Assembly (NCBI GenBank): GCA_035504785.1
Contig: DATJRL010000023.1
Span: 1-34,466 of the forward strand
DNA: 34,466 bases
Origin: Caulobacteraceae bacterium
GTDB lineage: Bacteria; Pseudomonadota; Alphaproteobacteria; Caulobacterales; Caulobacteraceae
Reading direction: 5' to 3'
Below, in pieces: positions 25,954-34,466 of this stretch. The translations under genes were made by a program, and so were the position numbers. Each line of letters starts with the position of its first letter. The first letter of the stretch is position 1. The notes under the pieces are model-generated. The model was not told the origin of the DNA, made no database searches, and was given only the letters and a program-made list of their open reading frames with translations.

Positions 25954-27435
25954 TCACCTCCGTTGGAAATCGGCAGAGACGAGGAACAGGGCCAGGCCCT
26001 GGGCAGGACTGTCGGCCGCGCGGATCGCCGATGCGGTCGCCGGCGACAGCTCCGGCCCAAGCGCCGACTGCGCGATGGTGAGCGGGTCGACGTCGGCGGC
26101 GGCGCGGTCTTGCGAGAGCCTGCTCGCCCACTCCAGGCGCTTCCAGATCGCATCCGCGCCGATCCAGCCATCCTGGATGTCGGGCCAGCCGTCGGGGCCG
26201 GGCGCCCAGAACGGGCGCTGGCCCATCCTGTCGAGCAGCGCGATCAGCTGAAAGCCTTTCAGCGGCGGGCCGTCCAGGGCGCGCACTGTGGAGACGAGGT
26301 AATCGTCCGGCGTCTTCAGCTTCACCTTCGGCGCCGCCCAGGCTTCCGGCGAATCCACGATCGCGGCCGCGGTCGCCGCGAGATCGCCGCCCGAGGCGGT
26401 GTAAGCCGCCGCGATGCGCGCGACGGCGGCGGGCGGCGGATCGTCGGCGATGAAGTGGCGCGCCAGCTTGGTCGCCAGGTGCGTCGCCGTGGCCGGGTGG
26501 TGGGCGAGGTCCTTCAGCGCCGAACGGCCCTGCGCCTCGCCCGCGGCCGGATAGGTCTTTCCCAGCAGCGTCTGCGGGCCCGGCTCGTGCGCAAAGTCGA
26601 TGTAGTGGAAGACATCGCCGTTCGGCGGCGTCTGGCCCGGGCCGTAGATCGACCAGCCGGTGATGATCTTGGCCAGCGTGGTGACATCGGCTTGCGTGTA
26701 GCCGCTGCGGACGCCCAGCGTGTGCAGCTCCAGCAGTTCGCGGCCCAGGTTCTCGTTCAGGCCCTTCATCCGATCGCGCAGGAACGCCGGCAGGTACTCG
26801 GGGTGGTGGGCGAGCGGCGAGTTCGGCCCGATCGACAGATAATTGTCGAGGTACATCAGCATGCCCGGGTGGCGGCAGGAGGCCAGCAGCATGTCCTCGA
26901 AACGTCCGCAGACGTGCGGGCGCACCACGTCGCGCTCGAACAGCGGCGCCAGCGCGATGATCTCCGGCTTGGCCGCGGAGATGGTGAAGTGGTTGGCCCA
27001 GAACCGCGACAGGCGATCGAAGAACGGACGCTGGCTGGTCGTGGCGGTAAGGAACCGCGCCTCCACGCCGTCGGCGTACCCGGGGCTGAAGTACTTTACG
27101 TACGACTGCTCGACGCTGAGCGGCTGGCCGCCGCCGTCCGTTGGCGCGGCCGCCATCTGGCCGCCGGACGCATCGCCTGGCCGGTCGCGGTTCTGGTATA
27201 GCTTGGCCAGGTCGCCCTGCCTGCCGGTCAGGCCCAGCGCAACCAGCCATTTGACGAACTCGCCGGCCGCCGCGGCGGTCGTCGGCAGCGCTTGCAACGG
27301 CGGCGGCGGGCTCGCCTCCGGCTGCAGTTGGGCCTTCAACCAGCCGCGCGGGTCGCCGGCGATCGTCTTCAACTCGCCCGGCCGCGCGCCGAGCCCGAAC
27401 CGGTTCGCCGCGATGGCCGCTTGATCGAGGCTCAT
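25954..27435 (-). CDS. DUF1800 family protein
   Basis: ANRFGLG, FW.NHF.IS, HP.ML.YLDN..S, NENLGRELLELHTLG, YTQADV...A...TGW, KLKTP and P.PDGW. Sits directly upstream of DUF1501. Confidence 0.9.
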   Translation of the reverse strand: MSLDQAAIAANRFGLGARPGELKTIAGDPRGWLKAQLQPEASPPPPLQALPTTAAAAGEFVKWLVALGLTGRQGDLAKLYQNRDRPGDASGGQMAAAPTDGGGQPLSVEQSYVKYFSPGYADGVEARFLTATTSQRPFFDRLSRFWANHFTISAAKPEIIALAPLFERDVVRPHVCGRFEDMLLASCRHPGMLMYLDNYLSIGPNSPLAHHPEYLPAFLRDRMKGLNENLGRELLELHTLGVRSGYTQADVTTLAKIITGWSIYGPGQTPPNGDVFHYIDFAHEPGPQTLLGKTYPAAGEAQGRSALKDLAHHPATATHLATKLARHFIADDPPPAAVARIAAAYTASGGDLAATAAAIVDSPEAWAAPKVKLKTPDDYLVSTVRALDGPPLKGFQLIALLDRMGQRPFWAPGPDGWPDIQDGWIGADAIWKRLEWASRLSQDRAAADVDPLTIAQSALGPELSPATASAIRAADSPAQGLALFLVSADFQRR

Positions 27436-27528
27436 GACGCACACCCTCCGCTCGCGCAGCTTACACGCCGGCCAGGCGGAAATCCGACGGAGGAAACGTG
27501 TCCGCCTCGGGCCGCGGGCTCCGCGCCG

Positions 27529-27975
27529 CTACTCCCGCCCGAGGATCAGCCAGGCGCCGGCCGCGAGCAGGACGAGGCCCCCGAGGGTCTTCAGGTCGAT
27601 CTCGCGGCGCGCCTGCAGCACGCCGAAATGATCGAGCAGCAACGCGGCGACCAGCTGGCCGGTGATGATGGCGACCATCGCGCGGGTGGCGCCGAGCTTC
27701 GGCGTCGTGAGCATCGCCAACAGCACGTAACCGGCGCCGAGAATTCCGCCGGCCCAGCTCCAGATTGGCGCGGCCGCCAGTTGGGCGACGGTCGGCGCCG
27801 GCGCGCGCATCGCCAGGACCACGGACCCCATCGCCGCGGCGCCCAGCACGTTCTGCAGCGTGGCGGCCCAGAATGGGGCGGCAAGCTGCGCTCCGAGCCT
27901 CGCGTTCACCAGCGCCTGCAGGGGCAACAGCGCACCGGCGGTCAGGGCCAATCCGATCAGCACCGCATCCGTCAT
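27529..27975 (-). CDS. YdcZ-type DMT small membrane protein
   Basis: Q...NARLG, W.W.GG.LGA.YV, PKLG and GQL...LLLDHFG; about 5 TM helices. Confidence 0.88.
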   Translation of the reverse strand: MTDAVLIGLALTAGALLPLQALVNARLGAQLAAPFWAATLQNVLGAAAMGSVVLAMRAPAPTVAQLAAAPIWSWAGGILGAGYVLLAMLTTPKLGATRAMVAIITGQLVAALLLDHFGVLQARREIDLKTLGGLVLLAAGAWLILGRE

Positions 27976-28150
27976 CGGCCTCACATTGCGCCTCCCATCC
28001 ATATCCCCGATTGGACACCGGCCCGATCCCGGCGCCGCCTTTGCTTCGCCCCTCAGGCGAGTCCCAAACCGGCGCAGGACCTAAGTGCACGAAATGTTAG
28101 ACATGATCGATCAAACTACGACGCATCTGAGTGGTGCGGGCGCTGCAACA

Positions 28151-28627
28151 ATGTCGAACATCGCGTCGCGACAGCGGGCGCTTACGCGCCGTTCCGGCGG
28201 CCTGGCTCAGGATCGATCCGGTGCGGCCGCGGTGGAGTTCGGGTTGATCGCGCCCATCCTGCTGGTGATGCTGATGGCCATCATTCAGTTCGGTCTCACG
28301 CTCAACAATTACCTGGAATTGACCGACGCCGTCCGCGTCGCCGCGCGCAACTTTGCGATCAGCGGCACGAGCACGACGCCGATGAGCAGCTCGACGACCG
28401 CTGCGCAGAACTCCGCCGCGAACCTCACCGCATCGAGCATCACGCTCAGCTACTCGGTGAACGGCGCCGCCTGCACTTCGGACTCCACGTGCTCCACCGC
28501 GCTGGCCGCCGACGCCGGCGACACCGCGAGCGTCACCGGCACTTATCCCTGCAGTCTCAGCGTCATGGGTGTGAACTTCGCGCCGAGCTGCCAGCTCTCT
28601 TCAACAACCACGGATATGGTCGAATGA
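28151..28627 (+). CDS. TadE-family Flp pilus pseudopilin
   Basis: Prepilin motif DRSG/AAAVEF (E+5), a hydrophobic helix, A.R.AAR, and 4 Cys in the globular part. Start uncertain (in-frame ATGs at 28094, 28103 and 28151). Confidence 0.85.
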   Translation: MSNIASRQRALTRRSGGLAQDRSGAAAVEFGLIAPILLVMLMAIIQFGLTLNNYLELTDAVRVAARNFAISGTSTTPMSSSTTAAQNSAANLTASSITLSYSVNGAACTSDSTCSTALAADAGDTASVTGTYPCSLSVMGVNFAPSCQLSSTTTDMVE

Positions 28628-29970
28628 GACAAGCTCGATCATTGGCGTTCCGTTTCGGACGTCGCTTGTGGCGCGCTCAGCGCGGCGCGACGGCCGTCAC
28701 GGTGGCGTTGCTCATGACCGTAATGATCGGCATGAGCGGCTTCGTCGTCGACCTGGGCCACGTCGCCTGGGTGCAACGGCAGCTGCAGTCGTCGGCCGAC
28801 GCCGCCGCGCTCGCAGGCGCGGGCGAGATCAACTGCTGCAGCGGCACGAGCAAGGCCGTCTCGACGGCGACGCTCTACAGCTCGCTCGCCGGCGAGCAGA
28901 ACGTGCTGCCCGGCATCACCGCCACGTTCGTCTCCGGCTATCCCAAGCTGAAGTGCTTCACCTCGACGGGCATCTCCTGCACCATGGGCACGGGCTACGA
29001 CGACGCCAACGGCATCGTGGTCGAAGAACAGGCGAGCGTGCCGATGTGGTTCGCCTCGATCTTCGGCATTTCATCGATCCCGGTCAGTGCGACGTCCACC
29101 GCCGGCGTGCAGGGCGGTCCGGCAAAGCAGGTCGCCGTGGAGATCGTCCTCGACACCACGGAGTCGATGAACGACGCGGACACGAGCTGCGGGTCGGGCC
29201 AGACTCAGGAATCGTGCGCCCAACAAGGCGCGGCGACGCTGATGAAGGAGCTTTCCTACCAGGGCGCCGAGGTGGGCCTGATGACGTTCCCCAGCCCGAC
29301 GACCGCCACCGTGGCCGACGATTACAACTGCAGCGGCAAGAACCCGAGCATCGTGCCGTACGCGTCCGGCGACAACTACCAGGTCGTGGCCCTGTCCAAC
29401 AACTTCAAGACCAGCAGCTCGGGCTCGAACCTGAACACCAGCTCCAACATCGTGCGCGGGATCGGCGCCGGGAAGACCAGCAGCGGCGGCAGTTGCCCGG
29501 GCATGCAGGCGCCCGGCGGCGAAGGCACCTACTACGCCGGCGCTATCAGCGCCGCCCAGGCCAACCTCGTCGCCAACGCCCCGTCGGGCTATCAGAAGGT
29601 GATCATCCTGCTCAGCGACGGCGACGCCACCGCCAAGAGCGGATCCCAGATCACCGCCAGCATGGCGTCGGCCCAGTGCCAGCAAGGGGTGACCGCGGCC
29701 CAGGCGGCCGCGAAGGCAGGCACGTGGGTATACACCGTGGCCTATGGCTCCGAGACTTCGGGCAGCTGCACCACCGACAGCGGCCTCCAAGCCTGCACCG
29801 CCATGCAGGAGATGGCCTCCAAGGCCGCGTTCTTCTACGCGGACGACATGGGCGGCTCGGGCGGGTGCACGTCTTCGGCCAACCCCAGCATCACCGACCT
29901 GAATTCGGCTTTCGCGAGCATCGGCCAGTCGTTCGGCGCGCCGCGTCTGCTGCCGAACAACACCACATGA
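28624..29970 (+). CDS. TadG-like pilus protein with von Willebrand A (vWA) domain
   Basis: ATGA overlap; RG/ATAVTVAL..., VDLG, LQ.SADAAALAGA (Tad N-terminal domain); MIDAS-like VLDTTESM, GT and LLSDG; 12 Cys. Confidence 0.85.
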   Translation: MRQARSLAFRFGRRLWRAQRGATAVTVALLMTVMIGMSGFVVDLGHVAWVQRQLQSSADAAALAGAGEINCCSGTSKAVSTATLYSSLAGEQNVLPGITATFVSGYPKLKCFTSTGISCTMGTGYDDANGIVVEEQASVPMWFASIFGISSIPVSATSTAGVQGGPAKQVAVEIVLDTTESMNDADTSCGSGQTQESCAQQGAATLMKELSYQGAEVGLMTFPSPTTATVADDYNCSGKNPSIVPYASGDNYQVVALSNNFKTSSSGSNLNTSSNIVRGIGAGKTSSGGSCPGMQAPGGEGTYYAGAISAAQANLVANAPSGYQKVIILLSDGDATAKSGSQITASMASAQCQQGVTAAQAAAKAGTWVYTVAYGSETSGSCTTDSGLQACTAMQEMASKAAFFYADDMGGSGGCTSSANPSITDLNSAFASIGQSFGAPRLLPNNTT

Positions 29971-29977
29971 CGAGGCG

Positions 29978-31150
29978 CTAGCCGCGGGTCATCGCCCGCA
30001 CGAGATCCTCCTCCAGAGTCCAGAGGCGGTCCTGTCCCCAGTGGGCGGGGCCGCCTTCGATTCGGTAGGTGGGCGCGCCCCAGAGACCGGCGTCGAACAG
30101 CGCCTCACGATTGGCCTCGGCCGCGGCGCGCCAGCTCTCGTCGGCCAAGGCCGCGGCCACCTGCGCCTCGCTGACGCCGGCCCGCGCGGCGGCGCCGATC
30201 AGCCCCGCGTCATCGGCAAGCGCGACACCTTCGGCCCAGGCGGCTCGGAGCGCGCTCTCGGCGAAGTCCTCGCCCAGCCCCAGCGGCGCCACATGATGCA
30301 GCACCGCCAGCGCCCGCTCGGCGCCGGGCCCGACGGGGTCCGAGACCGGGCCGAACGGCAGGCCGGCGCGGTCGGCTTCGCGCTTGGTGTCGCGCACGAT
30401 GTAGAAGCTCTTGACCGGCGGCACCGGAAGCCCGCGCATCACCATCGGCAGGATCGGACGCAGCATCAGCGGCGCGCCGTAATGGCGGGCCAGCTGGCGG
30501 ACGCGCGGAAACGCGATCCACGAGTAAGGGCTGCGAAACGAGAACCACATCTCGATGCCCGGCGCCCGGCCAGGCGGCCTCGAACCGAGCGTCATGGGGC
30601 GATAAGGCGCGATCGGCGGCGCCCCGGGCGTGGCGTCCCGCCCCGACAAAGCCCCTTCCAGATGATTCAGCCGGTCGACGCCCCAGTACCACTGGCCGTC
30701 GTGATGCAGCATCGCGCCGAGGTAATGGCCGAGTTCGCGACGCCGCGCGGCGCCCAGATCGAGCTGCATTTGGGCCTGGTGTGGCGGGAGCGCGGGCAAG
30801 CCGCGCAGCCGGTCGATGTCGCCACGCCACAGGGCCTGGCCCACCTCGACCGCCCGCTCGGCGAAATCCGGCGCCTCCAGCGATCCGGCGAGGACCCGCT
30901 GCGCCAGCGCAACGGCTTCGGCGTCCGGCTCGGCGGCGCGCGGGAACGACAATCCATAGGCGGCCGCCAGGCGGGACGCATCGCGCCGGGCGTAGGCGAC
31001 CAGGCGTTCGCGCTCCGGCGCGGCCGCGTCGTCCGGCGGCGGGACCAGCCACGGTTTCACGGCCGCCCCGTAGCGTCGGATCAGCGGCCGCAGCACCTGG
31101 GTCAGCAGGCAGCTGTAGGGGTCGTCGACCTGATGGAAGTACTCGATCAT
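29978..31150 (-). CDS. Tandem-domain DsbA-like / 2-hydroxychromene-2-carboxylate isomerase (kappa-GST) family protein
   Basis: Two repeats: IEYFHQVDDPYS...WYWGVDRL and IEMWFSFRSPYS...GLWGAPTY...WGQDRL. GGGAG RBS. Confidence 0.85.
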   Translation of the reverse strand: MIEYFHQVDDPYSCLLTQVLRPLIRRYGAAVKPWLVPPPDDAAAPERERLVAYARRDASRLAAAYGLSFPRAAEPDAEAVALAQRVLAGSLEAPDFAERAVEVGQALWRGDIDRLRGLPALPPHQAQMQLDLGAARRRELGHYLGAMLHHDGQWYWGVDRLNHLEGALSGRDATPGAPPIAPYRPMTLGSRPPGRAPGIEMWFSFRSPYSWIAFPRVRQLARHYGAPLMLRPILPMVMRGLPVPPVKSFYIVRDTKREADRAGLPFGPVSDPVGPGAERALAVLHHVAPLGLGEDFAESALRAAWAEGVALADDAGLIGAAARAGVSEAQVAAALADESWRAAAEANREALFDAGLWGAPTYRIEGGPAHWGQDRLWTLEEDLVRAMTRG

Positions 31151-31169
31151 CGGGGCTCCCAGCGCAATT

Positions 31170-31184
31170 TAATACGTGGTATTA
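31170..31184. promoter_or_regulatory. Palindromic operator in a divergent promoter
   Basis: TAATAC-GTG-GTATTA perfect inverted repeat, AT-rich, inside the 78-bp gap between two divergent genes. Confidence 0.6.
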
Positions 31185-31228
31185 GACATATGCGCCCCGC
31201 TCCGGCGGCGCGCAAGCGGGAGGGCGCA

Positions 31229-32323
31229 ATGGGCAAGGGGTGGCGGGTCGGTCTCGGGATTCTGGTCGCGCTCGCAGTTCTTGTCAGCGGCGCTTGGCTG
31301 ATGCGCGGCCCCATCGCGGTGGCGCTGATGAAGCACGCCTACGAGCGCGCCATGACCGGAGACCCCATCGCCGTGATGCCCGACGCGCTCAGCGTGGGAC
31401 TCTGCGGCTCCGGATCGCCCATGCCGGACCCCACCCGCGCCGGTCCCTGCGTCGCCGTGGTCGCCGGCCATCAGTTGTTCATCGTTGACACCGGGCCCGG
31501 CTCGACCCGCCGCCTGTCGCTGATGCGCTTGCCGCCGGCCGACGTCAGCGCCGTCTTCCTCACCCACTTCCACTCCGACCATATCGGCGATCTCGGCGAG
31601 CTGATGCTGCAGCACTGGGGCGGCGGCGCGGCCAAGACGCCGCTGCCGATCTATGGGCCGACAGGCGTCGACCAGGTCGTGGCCGGCTTCCTGGACGCTT
31701 ACAGCCTGGATCGCGGCTACCGCGTCGCGCACCACGGCCCGAAGGTGATGCCCCCGGACGGCTTCGGCGGCGTCGCCCACCCCTTCGCGATCAGCAAGAC
31801 CGGCCCGAACGTCCTGGTGCTGAACGAGCCGGACCTGCAGGTGATCGCCTTCCCGGTCGACCACGAACCGGTCGAGCCGGCGGTCGGCTACCTCTTCATC
31901 TACAAGGGGCGGCGGCTGGTGTTGAGCGGCGACACCGCGCCTTCGCCGCGTCTGGAGGCCGCCGCCCGCGGCGCCGACGTGCTGACCCACGAGGGCCTCG
32001 CGCCGAACCTTGTCGCGGACCAGCGCGAGGCCGCGCTGAAGGCGGGCAAGTGGAACACCGCCGCGATCCTGCACGACATCCTGTCGTACCACTCGACGCC
32101 GGAGGCGGCGGCCGGCATCGCCCAGCGCGCCGGCGTCCGCTATCTGCTGTTCAACCACATCATCCCGCCGCTGCCGACGACGGCGCTCGACGGCCCGTTC
32201 CTCGGCCGCGCGCCGCAGATCTTCCACGGCCCGATCCGGGTGGGCCAGGACGGCGATTTCGTCACCATGCCGGTCGGCTCGACCGACATCCGCTACACGA
32301 ACCGGCTGCACCTGATCTGGTGA
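31229..32323 (+). CDS. Metallo-beta-lactamase-fold hydrolase, RNase Z/AtsA (ElaC) family, with N-terminal membrane anchor
   Basis: CGSGSP, VDTG, THFHSDH, VDH, SGDT, THE, YHST and FNH motifs; N-terminal hydrophobic helix; GGGAGG RBS before ATG 31229. Confidence 0.87.
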   Translation: MGKGWRVGLGILVALAVLVSGAWLMRGPIAVALMKHAYERAMTGDPIAVMPDALSVGLCGSGSPMPDPTRAGPCVAVVAGHQLFIVDTGPGSTRRLSLMRLPPADVSAVFLTHFHSDHIGDLGELMLQHWGGGAAKTPLPIYGPTGVDQVVAGFLDAYSLDRGYRVAHHGPKVMPPDGFGGVAHPFAISKTGPNVLVLNEPDLQVIAFPVDHEPVEPAVGYLFIYKGRRLVLSGDTAPSPRLEAAARGADVLTHEGLAPNLVADQREAALKAGKWNTAAILHDILSYHSTPEAAAGIAQRAGVRYLLFNHIIPPLPTTALDGPFLGRAPQIFHGPIRVGQDGDFVTMPVGSTDIRYTNRLHLIW

Positions 32324-32362
32324 GCAAGCAAGCGCGTTGAAATCAAGCGGCGTCACGCACTT

Positions 32363-32492
32363 CCGTCACCCCGGACAAGCCGCCATCGGCGGCGCCGATC
32401 CGGGGCCAGATGGTCCGTCACCAAGCTGGAAGTCGTCTAGGAACCGGATGGTTCGGCCCCGGCTCTTCGCTGCGCTGCGGCCGGGGTGACGG
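32363..32492. repeat. Cruciform REP/RIME-like palindromic element between convergent genes
   Basis: Terminal inverted repeat CCGTCACCCCGG (32363-32374) / CCGGGGTGACGG (32481-32492). Each arm also forms its own hairpin (CCCCGGA...TCCGGGG and CCCCGGC...GCCGGGG). Confidence 0.75.
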
Positions 32493-32513
32493 GGCAATGC
32501 CGTTCACACCCGC

Positions 32514-34331
32514 TCAGCTGAGCTCCAGCCCCTCCAGCGTCCCGGCGGCGCGCCAGGCTTCGATGAGTTGGACGAAGGCGATGGGGCCCTTGCCGTAGAA
32601 GCCGTTGCGGACGGCCAGCGGCGAGGGCTGGCCCTCGTTGTTGTAGTAGCCGGGGGTGCACTCTTCCTGGAACTTCTGGCGCAGGACGGCGGCGTCGATG
32701 ATCGTCTGGACCCAGTCCGCCTCGGCCTGCTCGGACGGCTCGACCGCCTTCGCCTGCCGCGCCTGACACTCGGAAACCAGGTAGGCGAAGTGCTTGGCCT
32801 GCTCGTTGAGCATATGCGGGAAGTTGGCGGTGAAGCCGGACTGCGTGTTCTGCACGATGAAGCAGTTGGGGAAGCCGCGGGTGAGCATGCCGTGCAGGGT
32901 GGAGACGCCGTCCCGCCACTTGTCGGTCAACGCCAGGCCGCCCTTGCCGTAGACCTCGTAGCCCGAGCGCCGCGTGTAGCTGGTGCCGACCTCGAAGCCG
33001 GTGGCGTAGATCAGGCAGTCCAGTTCGTACTCCCGGCCGTTGGCCACGACGCCGGTCTCGGTGATCCGCTCGACGCCGCGCCCCGCCGTGTCCACCAACG
33101 TCACGTTCGGCCGGTTGAAGGCGTCCAAGTACTCGTCGTGGAAGCAGGGCCGCTTGCAGAACTGGTTGTACCAGGGCTTGAGCGCGTCGGCGGTCGCCTT
33201 GTCCTTGACCACCTGGTCGGTGCGGGCGCGGACCTGCTCCATCTTCTGGAAGTCGGCGATCTGGATGGTCTCGGCCAGCGCTTCCGGCGACGCCGTCCCC
33301 TGCCCTTTGCGCATCAGCACCAGCAGGTTGCCGATGATGTCGGTCCAGCCGTCGTTGACCAGGTCCTCGTCGGCGAAGCCGCCGGAGACCAGGGCGTTGA
33401 AGTTGTCCATGCGATGCTGCTGCCAGCCGGGCTTGAGGCTCGCGGCCCATTCCGGATCGGTCGGCTTGTTGGCGCGCACGTCGATGGACGACGGCGTGCG
33501 CTGGAAGACGTAGAGCTGCTTCGCGCCCGCTGCCAGATGGGGCACGCACTGCACGGCCGTGGCACCGGTGCCGATGACGCCGACCACCTTGTCCTTCAAC
33601 CTGTCCAGCCCGCCGTCCGACGTACCGCCGGTGTAGTCGTAGTCCCAGCGGCTGGTGTGGAACGAGTGGCGCTTGAAGCTCTCCACGCCGGGGATGCCCG
33701 GCAGCTTCGGCCGGTGCAGCGGGCCGTTGGCCATGATCACGAAGCGCGCCTTCATCGCGTCGCCCCGGTTGGTCTTGATGGTCCAGCGCTGCGCCGCCTC
33801 GTCCCAGCGCAGCTCGGTGACTTCGGTCTGGAAGCAGGCGTTTCTGTAGAGGTCGAAGTGCTCGCCGATCGCGCGGCTGTGGGCCAGGATCTCCGGCGCG
33901 CGCGAGTACTTCTCGACCGGCATGTAGCCGATCTCCTCGAGCAGCGGCAGGTAGATGTAGCTCTCGATGTCGCACGCGGCGCCGGGGTAACGGTTCCAAT
34001 ACCAGGTGCCGCCGAAGTCGCCGCCCTTCTCGATCATCCGGATGTCTTGCACGCCGGCTTCGCGCAGCCGCGCGCCGGCCAGCAGCCCCCCGAAGCCGCC
34101 GCCGATGACCACCACCTCGACCTCGTCGGTCAGCGGGGCGCGGGTGAAGCCGGGCGGAACGTACGGGTCTTCGAGATAGTGGGCGAACTGGCCCTTCATC
34201 TCGACGTACTGCTCGTTGCCTTCCCGACGCAGACGCCTGTCGCGCTCGGCGAGGTACTTCGCCTTGAGCGCCGCCGGGTCGAAGCCCAGCTGTTCCTTCG
34301 CCGGTTCGATGGTTCTCGCGTCGTCAGCCAT
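32514..34331 (-). CDS. Type I Baeyer-Villiger monooxygenase (FAD/NADPH)
   Basis: [17 protein letters not shown], fingerprint [32 protein letters not shown] and [10 protein letters not shown]. Confidence 0.92.
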   Translation of the reverse strand: MADDARTIEPAKEQLGFDPAALKAKYLAERDRRLRREGNEQYVEMKGQFAHYLEDPYVPPGFTRAPLTDEVEVVVIGGGFGGLLAGARLREAGVQDIRMIEKGGDFGGTWYWNRYPGAACDIESYIYLPLLEEIGYMPVEKYSRAPEILAHSRAIGEHFDLYRNACFQTEVTELRWDEAAQRWTIKTNRGDAMKARFVIMANGPLHRPKLPGIPGVESFKRHSFHTSRWDYDYTGGTSDGGLDRLKDKVVGVIGTGATAVQCVPHLAAGAKQLYVFQRTPSSIDVRANKPTDPEWAASLKPGWQQHRMDNFNALVSGGFADEDLVNDGWTDIIGNLLVLMRKGQGTASPEALAETIQIADFQKMEQVRARTDQVVKDKATADALKPWYNQFCKRPCFHDEYLDAFNRPNVTLVDTAGRGVERITETGVVANGREYELDCLIYATGFEVGTSYTRRSGYEVYGKGGLALTDKWRDGVSTLHGMLTRGFPNCFIVQNTQSGFTANFPHMLNEQAKHFAYLVSECQARQAKAVEPSEQAEADWVQTIIDAAVLRQKFQEECTPGYYNNEGQPSPLAVRNGFYGKGPIAFVQLIEAWRAAGTLEGLELS

Positions 34332-34452
34332 ATGAGTTCGCCCTCGGTGATCGATGGTAACCTATACACGGGCGGCGGATTGACAACTGGCCAGCTGATC
34401 GGCCGATGTCGGCGGCAAGACGAACCCGCAAGCCAACCTCAGGAGCCGCGCC

Positions 34453-34466
34453 ATGGCCAACGCCGT
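34453..34466 (+). CDS. 5' end of a gene truncated by the window edge (MANA...)
   Basis: AGGAG at 34441-34445, ATG at 34453, and a TTGACA -35-like hexamer at 34380-34385. Confidence 0.5.

Noticed and set aside
24749-27442. 897-aa ORF suggesting a DUF1800-DUF1501 fusion or frameshift
   Set aside because: The N-terminal ~500 aa are an off-frame read of DUF1800. DUF1800 has its own stop at 25954 and DUF1501 has its own RBS, ATG and Tat signal.
27292-32323. Apparent giant ORFs 27292-29970 and 30041-32323
   Set aside because: Upstream extensions without stops. The real starts are 28624 (ATGA coupling, prepilin motif) and 31229 (RBS, TM anchor).
6-34000. Many long overlapping or antisense ORFs in the track (e.g. 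814-2796, 7388-9121, 15004-16566, 20110-21819, 32437-33999)
   Set aside because: Arg/Gly/Pro/Ala-rich shadow frames expected in high-GC DNA. Each overlaps a gene with clear family motifs and has none of its own.
34384-34397. Near-palindrome CAACTGGCCAGCTG overlapping the TTGACA -35-like hexamer
   Set aside because: The core is a short GC-rich palindrome likely to occur by chance, and the downstream gene is truncated, so it cannot be evaluated.

Overview
High-GC (about 70% by eye, not computed) alphaproteobacterial chromosome segment; the gene set and promoter style suggest Caulobacteraceae (inference). Left to right: a GH3 beta-glucosidase with a PA14-like insert; a TPR-sulfotransferase and a membrane-anchored trypsin-like protease; an operon of a Rap1a/Tai-like periplasmic protein with two short-chain chromate transporters; a 41-aa membrane peptide behind a 16-bp tandem repeat; a GH13 alpha-glucosidase; a small secreted protein with an EcfG/SigT-type promoter; MarR plus a DHA2 MFS pump; an EamA transporter; a DcaP-like outer-membrane channel divergent from pstSCAB-phoU-phoB; a four-gene aromatic ring-hydroxylation/meta-cleavage cluster; DUF1800-DUF1501; a YdcZ-type DMT; an orphan TadE + TadG/vWA pair; a tandem-domain HCCA-isomerase/DsbA protein divergent from an RNase Z/AtsA-type hydrolase; and a Baeyer-Villiger monooxygenase. 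Two palindromic REP-like elements and several operator-like palindromes are present. I found no rRNA, tRNA, CRISPR array, transposase or integrase. The best-supported candidate for something new is the channel gene: four phased Pho-box half-sites point at it, suggesting a phosphate-starvation porin unlike PhoE or OprP/O. All family calls come from motif recognition by eye; no searches were run.
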